A stretch of 64,000 bases of DNA from Ruditapes philippinarum (taxonomy: Eukaryota), in assembly GCF_026571515.1 (NCBI RefSeq), contig NW_026852923.1, forward strand, positions 1 through 64,000, read 5' to 3'. Below, in pieces: positions 51,537 to 64,000 of the stretch. The position numbers and the translations under genes are program-made. The notes beneath the pieces were generated by a model. It was not told where the DNA came from. It saw only the letters and a list, made by a program, of their open reading frames with translations, and searched no databases. The number at the start of each line of letters is the position of its first letter. Position 1 is the first letter of the stretch.

Positions 51537-51607
51537 CTGTACAGAGGTTCCACCCCTTCTAGGAAGACCAGGACAGTTTGCTCTGAAAGTGGTTTCAACA
51601 CATAAAT
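51537..51607 (-). CDS. Internal coding exon (xLCVETTFRANCPGLPRRGGTSVQ), too short for the ORF track
   Basis: Acceptor tatttagttcag| and donor cag|gtaaaa. 71 nt, phase 1 to phase 0, joining in frame to EYHRF of exon 48294. GC-elevated unique block. Confidence 0.62.
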
Positions 51608-51769
51608 CTGAACTAAATATTCAAAATAAAGCTACACAACATTTAACAATAAAACCATACAACATTTTACCATATTTTCGTGCCAAAAAATCCATACAAA
51701 AAACAACAACATGCAAAGGGCATACAATATCAATATTTATCGCATGCTATTACTTGTTTGCAATGTAAT

Positions 51770-52340
51770 TAACTATGTGATATGATGAATCAATCACTAT
51801 AGGGTATAATATAACAAGATCAGTGTGATATGACAAATTCTATGTGATATGATAGGACAAACACAATGTGATATTATATATTGCAAAAACTAAATGATAT
51901 AGCAAAAACATTGTGATATGATATACCAAAACTATGTGATATGATAGGACAAAACATTCTCATATGATAGAACACAATGTTGTATGATTTGATATAAACT
52001 ATGTGATATAAGATAAAACCTATGTGAAGATAAAACCTATGTGATACATGTATATGATAAACATAATTATGTGAAAGAAGATTACACCTATGTGATATAA
52101 GATTACACCTTTGTTATATAAGATAAAACACTATGTGATATGATAGGACAAAAACTTATGTTATATGATCAGACAAACACTATAATTATTATATAAAATA
52201 AAACACTATGTGATATGATAGGACAAAAACATATGTAAAAAAAAATGTGATAAGATGTACATGTATCTCATCTATACTGAAAACTTATTGACCTGGTATG
52301 ATAAAATCTATGTGAGATGATATAACAGCAAAATATGATA
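51770..52340. repeat. Degenerate ~20-27-bp minisatellite
   Basis: Recurring ctatgtgatatgatag(gacaa) motif. Confidence 0.8.
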
Positions 52341-52453
52341 TGCAATAGTTATATAATCCATAAATTATATGGTATATATTATTTCATATAATTTCAAATT
52401 AATTTCTTTAAGCAATCTGTCAGATACTTTGCATTGTATGATCTTGGGTTTAA

Positions 52454-52807
52454 AGGGACTCCACTGAGGTTTTTTAACATGACAGGACTGAAAATAATTT
52501 TTCCAGATAAATGCACCATTTGATGTAGGTTTAGACCACTAATCTTTGTGCAAAATTTCAGATCATTCGCGCACTTCGTTTTTCCAGATTAATTATTCAT
52601 ATTGTAAAAAATGACCCAAAATGAAAAGCGTTTAAACGCTTTTCACTCAAATCGGGCTAAGAAAAGCATAAAAATACGATTTTCAATTTAATTCAAAGTA
52701 TATTTCTTAACTATCTTTGCAAATATTTCTGTTTAAACTGCCCCAGCTCATTTATGTAAGAAATTCAAATGTTATGTTTTCGGCTTTTAAACCTCAGTGG
52801 AATCCCT
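52454..52807. mobile_element. Kolobok-like non-autonomous DNA transposon
   Basis: TTAA | agggactccactgaggttt ... aaacctcagtggaatccct | TTAA. 19-bp TIR with 1 mismatch, RR..YY termini and a TTAA target. Confidence 0.75.
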
Positions 52808-52949
52808 TTAAAAATAAATGGGTGTTGCTTTTTAGATAGGGTAAGTAATACATGTAGTTAACTTTTTCATCTTTTTAAAAACAAGTTTATCATTTAAATT
52901 TTGTGACCGCTAACAGCAGTAATGTTATAATCAGTAAAACAGCTATTTA

Positions 52950-53140
52950 TAGGCCAGCCTGCAGTTGTGATTGATCATGAAATCTTTTCTATGGTCATTT
53001 GCACTGTACTTCTGCTGCACTTGCATGTTCAGAAGTTATCAGTTCCTTGCAAAAGTGAAGGCAACTAGTACTGGTAAACTGCTGAACAGCCTGCCCATGA
53101 ATGCTGCCGTGGTTTAACCATGCTCTGGTAAATTTAATGT
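52950..53140 (+). mobile_element. Degenerate SINE fragment resembling the Meta-domain type
   Basis: ttgatcatgaaatcttttctatggtcattt...cttctgctg...gttatcagttccttgcaaaagt...agtactggtaaactgc. The family assignment rests on recalled similarity, not on a search. Confidence 0.45.
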
Positions 53141-53594
53141 GGCTTACTGCCATAATCCAGAGTGAAAACTACCAACACCACCTTTAGCAGAAGACTTGTC
53201 AGACACAATTGGTAACCATTGATAAGTTACCTTACCATAGGCATGCTAATATTACCAGTGGTTACAAACAAAACTAAGTTTTGCAGACAGACTTAAAGTG
53301 CAATGGTATGGCTAGTATGTCTCAGTTATAATGTTCATTCAAAATGGCCATCTTGAATGTTTTATGAAACTTGAATTTATCATATAAGGCTGATATTATA
53401 TTGTGCAAATACAGAATTTAAAAAAAGTGCTGATTTAATAAGAAACATACTTGTTTTGTGATAATATTTATCAATTAAAATACAAATTACAACAAAAACT
53501 GGACCAAATTTAAAGGATCAAATTTACAATCACGGTATGTTGGCTGGTAATGCCATTGGTACTGGAACCACTATAACAGGAATATCAGTCTTAC

Positions 53595-53604
53595 TTTTTA
53601 ACAT
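53595..53604 (-). CDS. Tentative start-codon segment (MLK+A)
   Basis: ATG TTA AAA A|gtaaga gives a phase-1 donor matching exon 51607, with an in-frame stop upstream. Total CDS is 10+71+209+280 = 570 nt (189 aa). Confidence 0.25.
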
Positions 53605-54215
53605 CTGAACAAATTTTACCTCATATATAACTAGTAAGCAAACATTTTAATTCAAGAAAAACTGGTAGGTTTTATCATTATTAAGTAATATTTTAATAGT
53701 TTGTAATTCCTAGCTTGCTGTAAAGATTATTGGAATCTTCACGTTCATCTGGAGGCTTGTGCCTTAAAATACAAACCAATCCTAAATATACATGTATCGT
53801 GTTAAAAAGGATATATTCTCTAGAATTATTTTCTCAAGTCATGGAAAAAAGGTCTGAATTCATTTCAGACTAAACCTATCTAAAAATATTCCCCTACTCA
53901 CCCCTCCTCACCCAACCTAACCTTCAGTCCCGTCAACATAAATATTTCAGGTTGATCCATACTAATCTTAAGTTTCAGACCTATCTCAAAATCCCCTGTT
54001 AATGCAAAGATTTTAAACTGGTGTCCCTCTTTTATTTTGTATGCTCTTACAAAACTTTACTCCTAAATACAAAAGTTTCAGTGTTATATGGACCTACCCT
54101 TACCCAACTGACCCCTTCTCCCCAAATCTCCCTTTAGAACAAGGTTTCAGACTGGTGCCTGTTTAAGCCAATCCCAAATACATGTACTCTTTTTAAGACC
54201 AAAAAGTCAGGATTT

Positions 54216-54332
54216 GGGTTAATGTTATAAATCACATTGACACTAAATACAATGTAGGTTATATAGCGTCTTCCCAACTTAACTAATGAAGGAAGACCTC
54301 AGGTGCCCCTATACACATTTTAAGGCACCTGA
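54216..54332 (-). mobile_element. SINE 3' fragment
   Basis: taggttatatagcgtcttcccaactt...ggaagacctcaggtgcccct matches the family in reverse. Confidence 0.65.
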
Positions 54333-55438
54333 TGTGGTTCACTAAAATTCTCAGTAACCCTTAATCGGACATTTTTCGCAGACAGTTTTACAGTACAAAT
54401 GTACTTATTATAACTAATACCTTGTTAATAATCACAATGGTATCATGATACTTCACGATTTCTTCCTCGTCTCAGAAATATCCAAGTTTTATTAGTTTAT
54501 TTTCATAATTTCCTATAACTCCCCCTATATTGAGCATTATACCAGTTTCACATTTCTTGGTAAGACGATTTAACGACTGACATAATTAAACATCTTGAAA
54601 TCCTTAGAAATACTAGTACATGGATACCTAGATAATATGATACCGGTAATATAATACAAATAATATCATACTGGTTATATGATAACTGTTATATGATACC
54701 AGTTTTATAAATAACTTGTCAGTTGTGCTTTCATTCTTTTTCTTGTTATTTTCCATTCATGTTTTTTAACTCTATGAACTGTTTCTGTATATTTCCATTG
54801 TTGTTTTTCATTCACTATTTCAGATTGTTTTAAACATTTCATTAAAAAAAAAATATTCATGGAATTTTTTCAAGAAATTTTTATTGCATTATATAAAACA
54901 GACTTACTGTTACTTTAGAAATGCATTCTGATTTAAAAATTAAACAAGTATTCCAAGTTTGAGGTGATTTTTGGACAGCTATTGAGAAATTAACCTTAGA
55001 GGGTAAAAAGTAATAAAGGTGCATATCTTTGCAAAAGATATATTTTTAGGATAATCTACCCTTCTGCAAAGTTTGAAGTGAATAGCTCTGAAAGTCATTA
55101 AAAAATTGGACCTGACAAAAAAAAGTTAACCAGGGCTTAAAGTTAAAGTTGAAAAAGGGTCATAACTCTGCATAAAATAATTTTAGCATTATATGGCATT
55201 TAGAAATGTACAAAAAATCTCCTTATGTGGTGCACTTTAATGATAAAAAACATGTATACAAAGTTTGAAGAGAATAGCTTTTATAGCTTCTAAGAAAATG
55301 GGTTTAACGAAAAAGTTAATCAATGCTGACGCCTGAACAAGAGGGTCATGACGATACAATGTAGCTCCACTTTTTTTATCAGAACATATTCTCTGATATT
55401 TCATCTAAGATCACTTCCTTTTCTCTATATAACCTAAT

Positions 55439-55669
55439 ATGAGCCGCGTCATGACAAAACCAACATAATTGGTTTGCGACCAGCATGGATCCAGACCAGC
55501 CTGCGCATCTGCGCAGTCCGATCAGGATCCATACTGTTTGCTATCAGTTTCTCCTCTTGTTATATGGTTGGTAAGCGAACAACATGGATCCTGATCAGAC
55601 TGCGCAGGCTGGTCTGGATCCATGCTATTCGCAAACCCATTATGTTGGTTTTGTCATGACGCAGCTCAT
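55439..55669. mobile_element. MITE with long TIRs, second copy, opposite orientation to 28464-28680
   Basis: atgagccgcgtcatgacaaaaccaacataat / attatgttggttttgtcatgacgcagctcat. The core gctatcagtttctc is the reverse complement of gagaaactgatagc in the first copy. Source of ORF 55474-55659. Confidence 0.88.
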
Positions 55670-55750
55670 GTGGTCTTCGGACTGAATTGGGACGAATGAA
55701 AATAAAACAAGAACGAAATAATCGTTTTCAATAATTAACAAAAATTATAA

Positions 55751-55756
55751 TTTATT
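55751..55756 (-). terminator. Possible polyadenylation signal of a neighbouring upstream minus-strand gene
   Basis: tttatt (more at ~55894 and ~55906) at the edge of several kb of A-rich, 3'UTR-like unique sequence. No coding exon of that gene was seen. Confidence 0.25.
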
Positions 55757-58354
55757 CAATATGGCTTTAACACAACAGACAATTGATAAAATATATGGAA
55801 CAATCACAATGTCACAATTAAATCATACACAAATTCACAATATCGGCAAATATGTTTAACACTTCAATACTATATCAAATCTCCAAACATTATTTTATTG
55901 CAATTTTTATTCATTGAAATTTGTCCCCAGCATAATATATCCCTACTTTGGACCAATACTGCTGTCTGTCCAATGAGAGGCCAATAGAATTTATATTGGA
56001 TCAACAATAAGCCTATGAGGCTTGCTCAAGTAAAATAAGAAAAAATACATAAATTGTTTAGTTAAAGAAGATGAAAAACAAAACAAATAATACAACATAT
56101 CTCAGTGAAGGCCAAAATATATAAATCTAAGAACCTTATTTTCTTCCTTGAAATTATATAATTCAAACAATAAAAAAAATTTAATAAGCTATTTTTCATA
56201 AGTTATAATTCATATATTTAACACTTTGAAAGTGCTGATAATTTATGTAGATTTACACTTTACCACCAGTATCGAGCCTGGCTAGTCTGTCTGACTGGGC
56301 TCTACACTGTTGGCTACTCAATTCAGTGTTCCGATTCTAAATTCCCTAAAAATAAGAATGGACTGTTCCAAAATCAAAGCAGGTCATGTCCATTTTACAA
56401 ATTCAGGGATTGAACAAGAAAACTAGTTTCCAAGATTTCCAAATCCAGATCAAAACACTAAAAATAAGGCAGATACATGTACAATAATATAGATACAAAT
56501 TGTATATTTTTAACTAAAGTACATAAAAATATCCAGTTATTTTTCTTACACAATTAAAATCGTTCCTGGTTGGTTTTTAAAAAAAAGATGCTTGTATATC
56601 ATAAAATATCATAAAAAAATTCCTATCAAATTTTCATTTTAATTTCTTTATAAAACTTACGGTTGCAGTGCTTATTTTCTATCGGTGTATTGGCATAATT
56701 TGATAATTCAACAACAAAAAAAGCAACAGCAACAAGTACTGGATACGATTTGATTGTCAACACCAGAAGAAAAAAAAAACAACAATATTTTGAAAATTCA
56801 TCAGACTAAATTTCTAATAGATAACAGAAATATCTACCTTATCACTTTTCATTATGAAAACAAAGACTTGTTTTAAAGTTTAATTTGAATAAACTGTAAT
56901 AATATAATATAGGCAGTTACTTCATTACGATCCACTACAACTTTACTGTGTTAGGCCACGCTGCTACTTTTGGTAACATGTGAATTCTTTTATGGAAATC
57001 AACAAGCTTCTTACTAACATGGTGAAAAACCTGTGCAAACTATTTACAATTTATTACAAATTAAACAGTACAAAATATTGTCTGAAAAAAAAAAAGAAGA
57101 AGAAGAAAAAAAAAGTCACAAAAACACGAATTGAAAATATGAAATTCTGCTATTTTAAAACAAGTGTAAATACGAAACCTAAAATCGGACAAACATTTTC
57201 CATATCATTGTCCATATATCTTTTTTTTTGCATTAAAAGTGCAATTTCAAAACAAAGTTTTTCAAATTTCCTATATATGGTATTAATTAAATTTATCTCG
57301 TTCAAAAAAAATTATATAAGTACATCTAAAAGTAAATACTGTAATAAGATAGCTATAAATTTTAACTTAATTTGGGCTTAACTCCCTAGTGAAAATGCCA
57401 TTTAAAGACAGTCAATTTGAAAATTGTAACATTTAAGAAGAAAAAAAAATTTTTTAAAAAAAAAGAAAAGACTCGTAAACCAGTATCTAAGAAGCCAGCT
57501 GGAAGGTTGTTGCATATAAACCAAGGAGATAAATTTAGAAAATGTTGCGCTTATTATTGGAGATTTTTTAATGGTAGAAAAACACTGTTCAATAGATCTA
57601 ATTCAAATTATACCATTATAACATTAAATTATACCATTTAAGGATTTTGGAAGCTAAGTTAAAGGTCAGAACATAAACTTGAATGGTGTACAATGGAAGA
57701 ATTAACCATAAATTTCAAATTATCGCACTTTTCGACATCATTAGTATTTTCTTTAAAGATGAGCAGGCATGATTTAAGATGAGTTTAACAACACTAACCT
57801 ATGCTTAATGGAAGCACAATGGTATTTACAGTGAAAGGTTATCGATCATTAGCGATTGTTTTTTCTGCAACGAAAATACCGTATGCATCTAAATAAAGGA
57901 ATGGGTAAAAAAATAAAATCTCTAAATATTCGGGGGATTTAATATACAATACAAAAATTAAATATCAAAATACATATTATTAAATATCAACAAGAATTAA
58001 TAAGTAAATATAGACCTAATATTATTGTAAAACAAGTGAAAAGTATTTCTTGAACTATTAGGAGTATCCTTCTCAATAAAGAAGATAGTATTCTATGATT
58101 GTTCGAGACCAAAAAAAATTTTTAAAAAATGAAAAATAGAAGAATATGAGATTCATGAGAGGGTGAGCGAATATAATGGCAAAGCTGTATAAGGAGTGCC
58201 GAATACGGAGACCCTGTATATATGTTGTTATACAAGATGTGAAGACTTTAAGACGCTAGTTTCAATATACATTGTACATGCATTTATTATAGCTAAAATG
58301 TGGTGAAAGACTGAAGGCCTCAAGTCTGCGTCCTTGATTTAGTTTAGACAGAAT

Positions 58355-58548
58355 TTATTTAAGTTCAAATTGTGTTGGAAGCTACAATCTAATAGAATCC
58401 ATTCCTGTAACCAACTAGTACTATTAAATCAAGCAATAAGTGTGAAGAGTCTTAATCAAGGAAACAACCGCTTGCCCCTGAAAGGATTTGAACCCATGTG
58501 GCTAGTAATTCTTAGATAACTAATCAATGTGTTAACCACTCGGCCACC
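58355..58548 (-). mobile_element. tRNA-headed SINE of a second (CORE-like) family
   Basis: Reverse strand: ggtggccgagtggttaa (A box), gggttcaaatcc (B box), ttgtttccttgattaagactcttcac (CORE-like), agtactagttggttacaggaatggattc. Confidence 0.65.
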
Positions 58549-59815
58549 TTGCATGTTTATTTAATCAGTGCTGGTCTTAAATATTGGCAGCTTGGTTTCT
58601 GCGCTTAATACAGAGGAAAACTCTAAAATCCTTTGCAACTTCTAAAATCTCTATGAAGTTCTAAAATTCAAAATGTGAAATGAGGATAACATCAATTGAA
58701 ACAATTAGGTCAACTTGGTAAAAAAGTACAGCTTTAAAATAAAGTACATGTGACATTGCCTTCAGATGCATCAAATGTCCTAAATGCAATGAACCAAAAG
58801 TTCGGCAAAAGTAGTGATTAAATACATAGAGAAAAACTGCATTGCGTTTTACGATACGAGGAAATTTTTTTAATAAATTTTGCGGTTGAAATTGAAATAA
58901 TTAATATAAATGCCCTTAAACCTTTCTTCTAAGCAATATGCTTTAAACAAGAGGCGGGAGTCCAACTTTTGCAGGTCAAATATCGTATTTTGTAACAGTA
59001 GTTTAACGTATGCAGCTGCAGCACGTTTATTTAGATATGAAAAATGCCTAGGGGGTGCTTATTTGGTGAATTACACTTTAAAAACATTCGTTTTAAAAAT
59101 AACGGACATATTTTTTCTTTCATTTCTCAAAAATTTCCAGCTTGTATTCTTAGTATCATCTGGTGATGAAGAATAATCGGGAACATATTTTATTTTCATT
59201 TTGATCTGTGTGATACCCAATTTGCAATATCATGTTATTTTTTTTCACTGAAAACACGTCAATAACCCTGTAATTAAATGTTCTTTTAACAAAAATGCAT
59301 CCATGTAATTTTCGTCAACTGATTCGAAGGTTCGATCATGAGCGATAATCGATTACGCATCTAACAAAAAAAACCATTCCACCTGGGCTTGACATATAGC
59401 CCAAATTAAAATTCATGAATTTTTCTGTAAGAAATTAGTGAAAAGTGTACTATAGTTGTATACAAGAACGGGGCTTGAGGGCTAACAAAAAAAGAATACT
59501 TAACATAATGATTATATGTCCCAAACACTTTGCCATTCATACGATTGTACAAGAGGAGAGGAAATTTTACTTCACCTTTCAACTTAAATGACTTAAATTG
59601 ATCTTGATTCAACGTTTGCTGCTATCTCAAAGTAAAAAAAAATAACCCCATCCAAAAATCCAGTACTTAGACTAATATGGCATCATCAAAGAATGACATA
59701 CTATATTCACCATTTATTTTTACAGCACAAGAGACAGATATATATAACCATTGTATTATTTTTGTTCAATGGATGTTATCCAGAACTCAACAAATGAGGG
59801 TATTTCCTATCTAAC

Positions 59816-60350
59816 CATAATGGCTGACAAGAGTAATAATGGCTGAAAAATATTATAATGGCTGACAAGAGTAATATAAAAACAAGAGTCATAATGGCTG
59901 ACAATGGTCTAATTGCTGGAAAATGTAATAATGGCTATCAAGAGTCATAATGGCCAAAAAAGGTCATAATGGCTGACAAAAGAGCAATGGCTGACAAGAG
60001 TAATAATGACAAGACCAGGGCTTAGAACGAAACTGGTCTATCTGCTTCTATTTCTATATAAAGATAAATCAGTTTCACTCAAAGCCCTCGAAGAGTAATA
60101 ATGGCTAACAAGAGTAATAAAGGCTAACAAGAGTCATAATGGCCGACAAAGGTCATAATGGCGGAGACAAGAGCAATGGCTGACAAGAGAACTATAATAG
60201 CTGGCAAGAGCATTGATCACCAATATGAGAGCCATGATGGCTGACATGAGAGTTATAATGAGGAATATTAGAACCATAATGGGGAACAAGAGCCATTATT
60301 GCCCATATGAGAGTCATAATAGTCAATAAGAATGCCATAATGGCTGATAG
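59816..60350. repeat. ~19-bp minisatellite
   Basis: cataatggctgacaagagt repeats, interrupted at ~60012-60090 by a small inverted element (gggctt...gaaactg / cagtttc...aagccc). Confidence 0.85.
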
Positions 60351-63115
60351 AAGAGTACATTGTAAACACAAAAAAGTAAAACAAGGTGGCTGCTAGTTTG
60401 CAAACTGACAATTTGAATACTGCAAAATCATTATTATTCTTGGGGCATAGGTCAATTCACGAATTTCAGATCCAACGAAATTGAATATTATATTTACAAT
60501 ACATCAGATGGAGAAAAATCCAAGTTTAGAAAAAAAAATGTTAAAAAAAAAACACCTAGAAATAATGCAATGTTTAAAAAAAATGATTATTTAAAATTTT
60601 TTTTATAGTTCTGTCAATTCTTTAATATCTAAATATTGTAAAGAATAAAAAACATTTAAATACTACAGTATAAAATAAATTGTATGCAATTATTATTATT
60701 TGTTTTTATTTTTGTATTTTTTACTTTGCTACACGACATTAAATAAATATTCAACAGATTTAACATTTCAACAATATAAAATTTCAGTAATTTAACAAAA
60801 ATTTGTAATAATATGTATCTTGGCCAAAATAAAGTGATAATGAAATAAGTGGTAACACTCTAAAGAAAAAAAAAGGTAAGTTCTCTGGATTTGAAATTAT
60901 TTTTGGAATTTAAAATGATATACCTAAATTAACCAGTGTGTACATGTATTTTTAATTTTTATTTATTAATGCTGTAATATCTTTATCGATATTTGATGCA
61001 AAAATTGTCAAAAGATCGGAACAAAAATAAAAAATTTGGTGAGTTTACCAAGACAGTTTACTCAATACCAGTTTATTTTGGCCTTTTTTATTAGCAAAAG
61101 TTAACTTTTGACATTTTTTTTTTTTTAATTTCTTTTAAACTAACTTTTAAATAACAAAATCACATACAAGTCTATAACATAAATTTTACATTCTTTTCAA
61201 TTTTTTTAAAATAATATAATGAGACTTCATGGTTTTGTGGAGTAAAAACAAAACTGGCCATTTTCCCTCTTTTTTTTTACAATAAGAGAAATTGATTTGT
61301 ACATAAACCCTTAGCTGGCTGGCACCATGATATTTCTACCCACATGAAAAGTTCAGTTCAAGATCAGTGGGCACATCCATTTTCTATTTCTTTAGGAAAA
61401 TGAAAGAAAGGCAATAGAATTTTGAATTGAAAAGTTTTTCCTGCACTGACATGTATACAAACATTTTTCATTTATTTTTTTTATAAGTCCAGTTCATTAT
61501 CCCCATAGCTCCTAATTGATTAAGCCAAACTACAACTTATATTCCCCAATTCCAATGAAGGTGGTTGCATGAGCAAAGGTTTTTTTTTGTATAGAGTCAT
61601 ATTTTTTTGTTGTTGAATAAACTACAAAAATGCACATGTACATTGTAATGTTGTCAATACGATAACTTAATTCCGAGAGTAAAATTTCAACAAATATAAT
61701 AAAAAAATTTAAAAACAATTTTTTCTAACATATTATTAAACTCTAGGAAATACAAAATGTACATTTAAGAAAATAAAATACCAACGTTAACTAAACATCA
61801 TTTATCACTCGTTACCAGAGGCAATTAAAATAAATAAGATTTTATAAAACTGTAAATTGTAATGTTTAACACATTTTAATAGTAACAAAATCAAACGTTA
61901 ACGTAATGAAAATCGTTCCAAGTATCTTGTTAAAAATCTAAACATTCGTAATTTCAGAATAAAATGGATTTGATGAAACATCCCTCATAGAAGTAAAATC
62001 GTTTAAATATCTCGATAAACATCTAAATTTTCGTAATTTTATAATGAAATGGTTGCGATGAAATTCAACATTCAAAAAAGTCAATCATCTGTGTTTCTAA
62101 TGTAATCAGAGGTGAAATTTGACGCGGGTCGAAAAAAATAGAAAACATGACGGCCGTTTCTTAAAAATTGCAATCGTATCTGTTTTAAAGAGATTTTTTT
62201 TCAACTCGGAACATCTGACATGGTAAATCAATCAGAACTATTGACCCGCCCATTGTACAATTTTGCATTAAAATCAGAAGGTTAATAACAGGTTACGATA
62301 AAAAGGTCTCAATACAAATAAAAAAAGTCGTCTGTTCAAATTGAAAATCTGAAAAACAATATTATGTAAATTCAATCAACAAGCAACAAATTATTGTAAT
62401 GTGACAAAAGCAGTTTGATGTTTCATATTCACATTATCAATTCTGAATCAATTCACATTATGAAATTATCAAAAATGAAAAAAAAAAAGGAAAAATATCT
62501 GTTGTTGATATTAAAGAGAAACTTGTGATTACATGACTGGGGCTGAGTTAACAGTAACAGATTTACAACAATAAAAGAATAAAATTTGTTTGATCTTTTG
62601 ATTTTATGACGTTTCAAGACATTTCAGTAAAACGCAACTACAGCGATAGTAGTAACTAAAGATTTTAACAATTTAAAAAAAACAAAAAAACAATCAATGC
62701 TAGGACAAGTTATTGAATTAATTCAATAAAAATAAAATGATGAAAATATAAACTTAAATCAGGCATTGAAAATAAAAGACGTTTAACTTCAACAATTAAC
62801 AGTGAACTATATAAGTACAACATTTATAACTATCGGTTTTCTTACATTTCACAATGGCTAAAACTTTCAACATATCTTTTATACGTATTTACAAAAAAAT
62901 ATTTTAAAAAATAGTTATGCAACAACACAAGAAAAGTGTTTTTTTGAATATCAAATACATGATTTAACATATGTGTCAACAATACACAGGGAATACATAC
63001 ATATGTGTAAGTAGTACACATTGGTTCTTAAAATATCATATGAAATGATAACTTTGTTGACATATTGAATGGAATAATATTAGTGATGTTGGACGTGATG
63101 TTTAACCATATAATG

Positions 63116-63270
63116 TTAACCGGTTTACGATACCTGTAACGGGTTCTGATACCTGTAACCGGTTTACAATACCTGTAACCGGTTTACGATACCTGTAACC
63201 AGTTTACGATACCTGTAACTGGTTTACGATACCTGTAACTGGTTTACAATACCTGTAACCGGTTAACGAT
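63116..63270. repeat. 20-bp tandem repeat
   Basis: ccggtttacgatacctgtaa, about 7 copies, followed by gttacagcccct (possible DNA-transposon end). Confidence 0.9.
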
Positions 63271-63527
63271 AATTGTTACAGCCCCTATTCAATTAAAAGT
63301 TACATAACCCATTTCGTACTGTACAGTACCTCACAGCATTTTTTAAATCATTGATCAGGGGAGATAATTATTAATAAGCATGGTTTTGTAATCTTAATCG
63401 CTACCGAAAGCATATGATTGCAAAATTATCAATAATTTTCAATAAAATATACTTTGATAAGTATCATTAATACACTTGTTACTATATATAGTAACAAAAT
63501 TGCCTATGATTTCAACTGATAATGAGT

Positions 63528-63643
63528 GTCACGTGACCTATTATGAGTTTGCGGCCCGGGGCCGAGAACTAGTTATCAACTTATCAGCCCGCAGAACATG
63601 TGCACGTGCACAAACTGAAACAATGACGTCATATTTTACGTCA
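63528..63643. promoter_or_regulatory. Cluster of E-box and CRE motifs in a CpG-rich patch
   Basis: gtcacgtgac (63528-37), tgtgcacgtgcaca (63599-612), atgacgtcat (63623-32) and ttacgtca (63636-43). May be transposon-derived. Confidence 0.3.
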
Positions 63644-64000
63644 TCAAACAGTTAACTTTAAATGTGAAAGTAGGTTGTCAGCACGAATCGCTTTATTTTT
63701 ATTATGAGAGCTTAAGAGTATTAAGTACAAACACATTTTTGTTACTATTGAAATTTGAAGAAATAATACGACACATTCATTCCAAAAAAATGAGAATAAA
63801 ACTTGCTTCTACATTCTACTGCTTTGAACACACAAACAGTAAACATCTCTGTACAGAACAGTAGAAGAGTAGACAAGAATTTCAACAAAAGAACTTTGTT
63901 GTTTTTGTTGTTTTTTGGGGTTTTTTTAATACTAGACCACTTTTAGATCTACCAAGTGTATTAAAGACATTAATACACGTCAGAGTAGGGCCCGAAGGTG

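Noticed and set aside
56980-57641. Lys-rich ORFs
   Set aside because: They arise from poly-A tracts in UTR-like or intergenic sequence.

Overview
AT-rich eukaryotic genomic DNA. The repeat repertoire points to an invertebrate, most likely a bivalve mollusc (inference). There are no prokaryotic features, rRNA, true tRNA genes or CRISPR arrays, and almost all ORFs in the supplied track are spurious or repeat-derived. By reading splice sites I reconstructed one minus-strand multi-exon gene of unknown identity. Its exons 51607-51537, 48294-48086 and 22354-22075 join in frame. A tentative start exon at 53604-53595 would give a 189-aa protein, the last intron is 25.7 kb, and the 3'UTR ends near AATAAA at 20319-20314. 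The rest of the window is repeats: Helentron/HINE-like elements carrying internal tandem arrays, tRNA-headed SINEs, TTAA- and TA-flanked MITEs, and about 11 unrelated minisatellites. The most interesting structure lies in the long intron. A 76-bp inverted repeat (34643-34926) would bury a strong splice acceptor and loop out a stop-containing candidate exon, and a frame-preserving 102-nt candidate cassette exon sits next to it. This suggests RNA-structure-controlled alternative or poison splicing. All gene-structure calls are ab initio and need transcript data.
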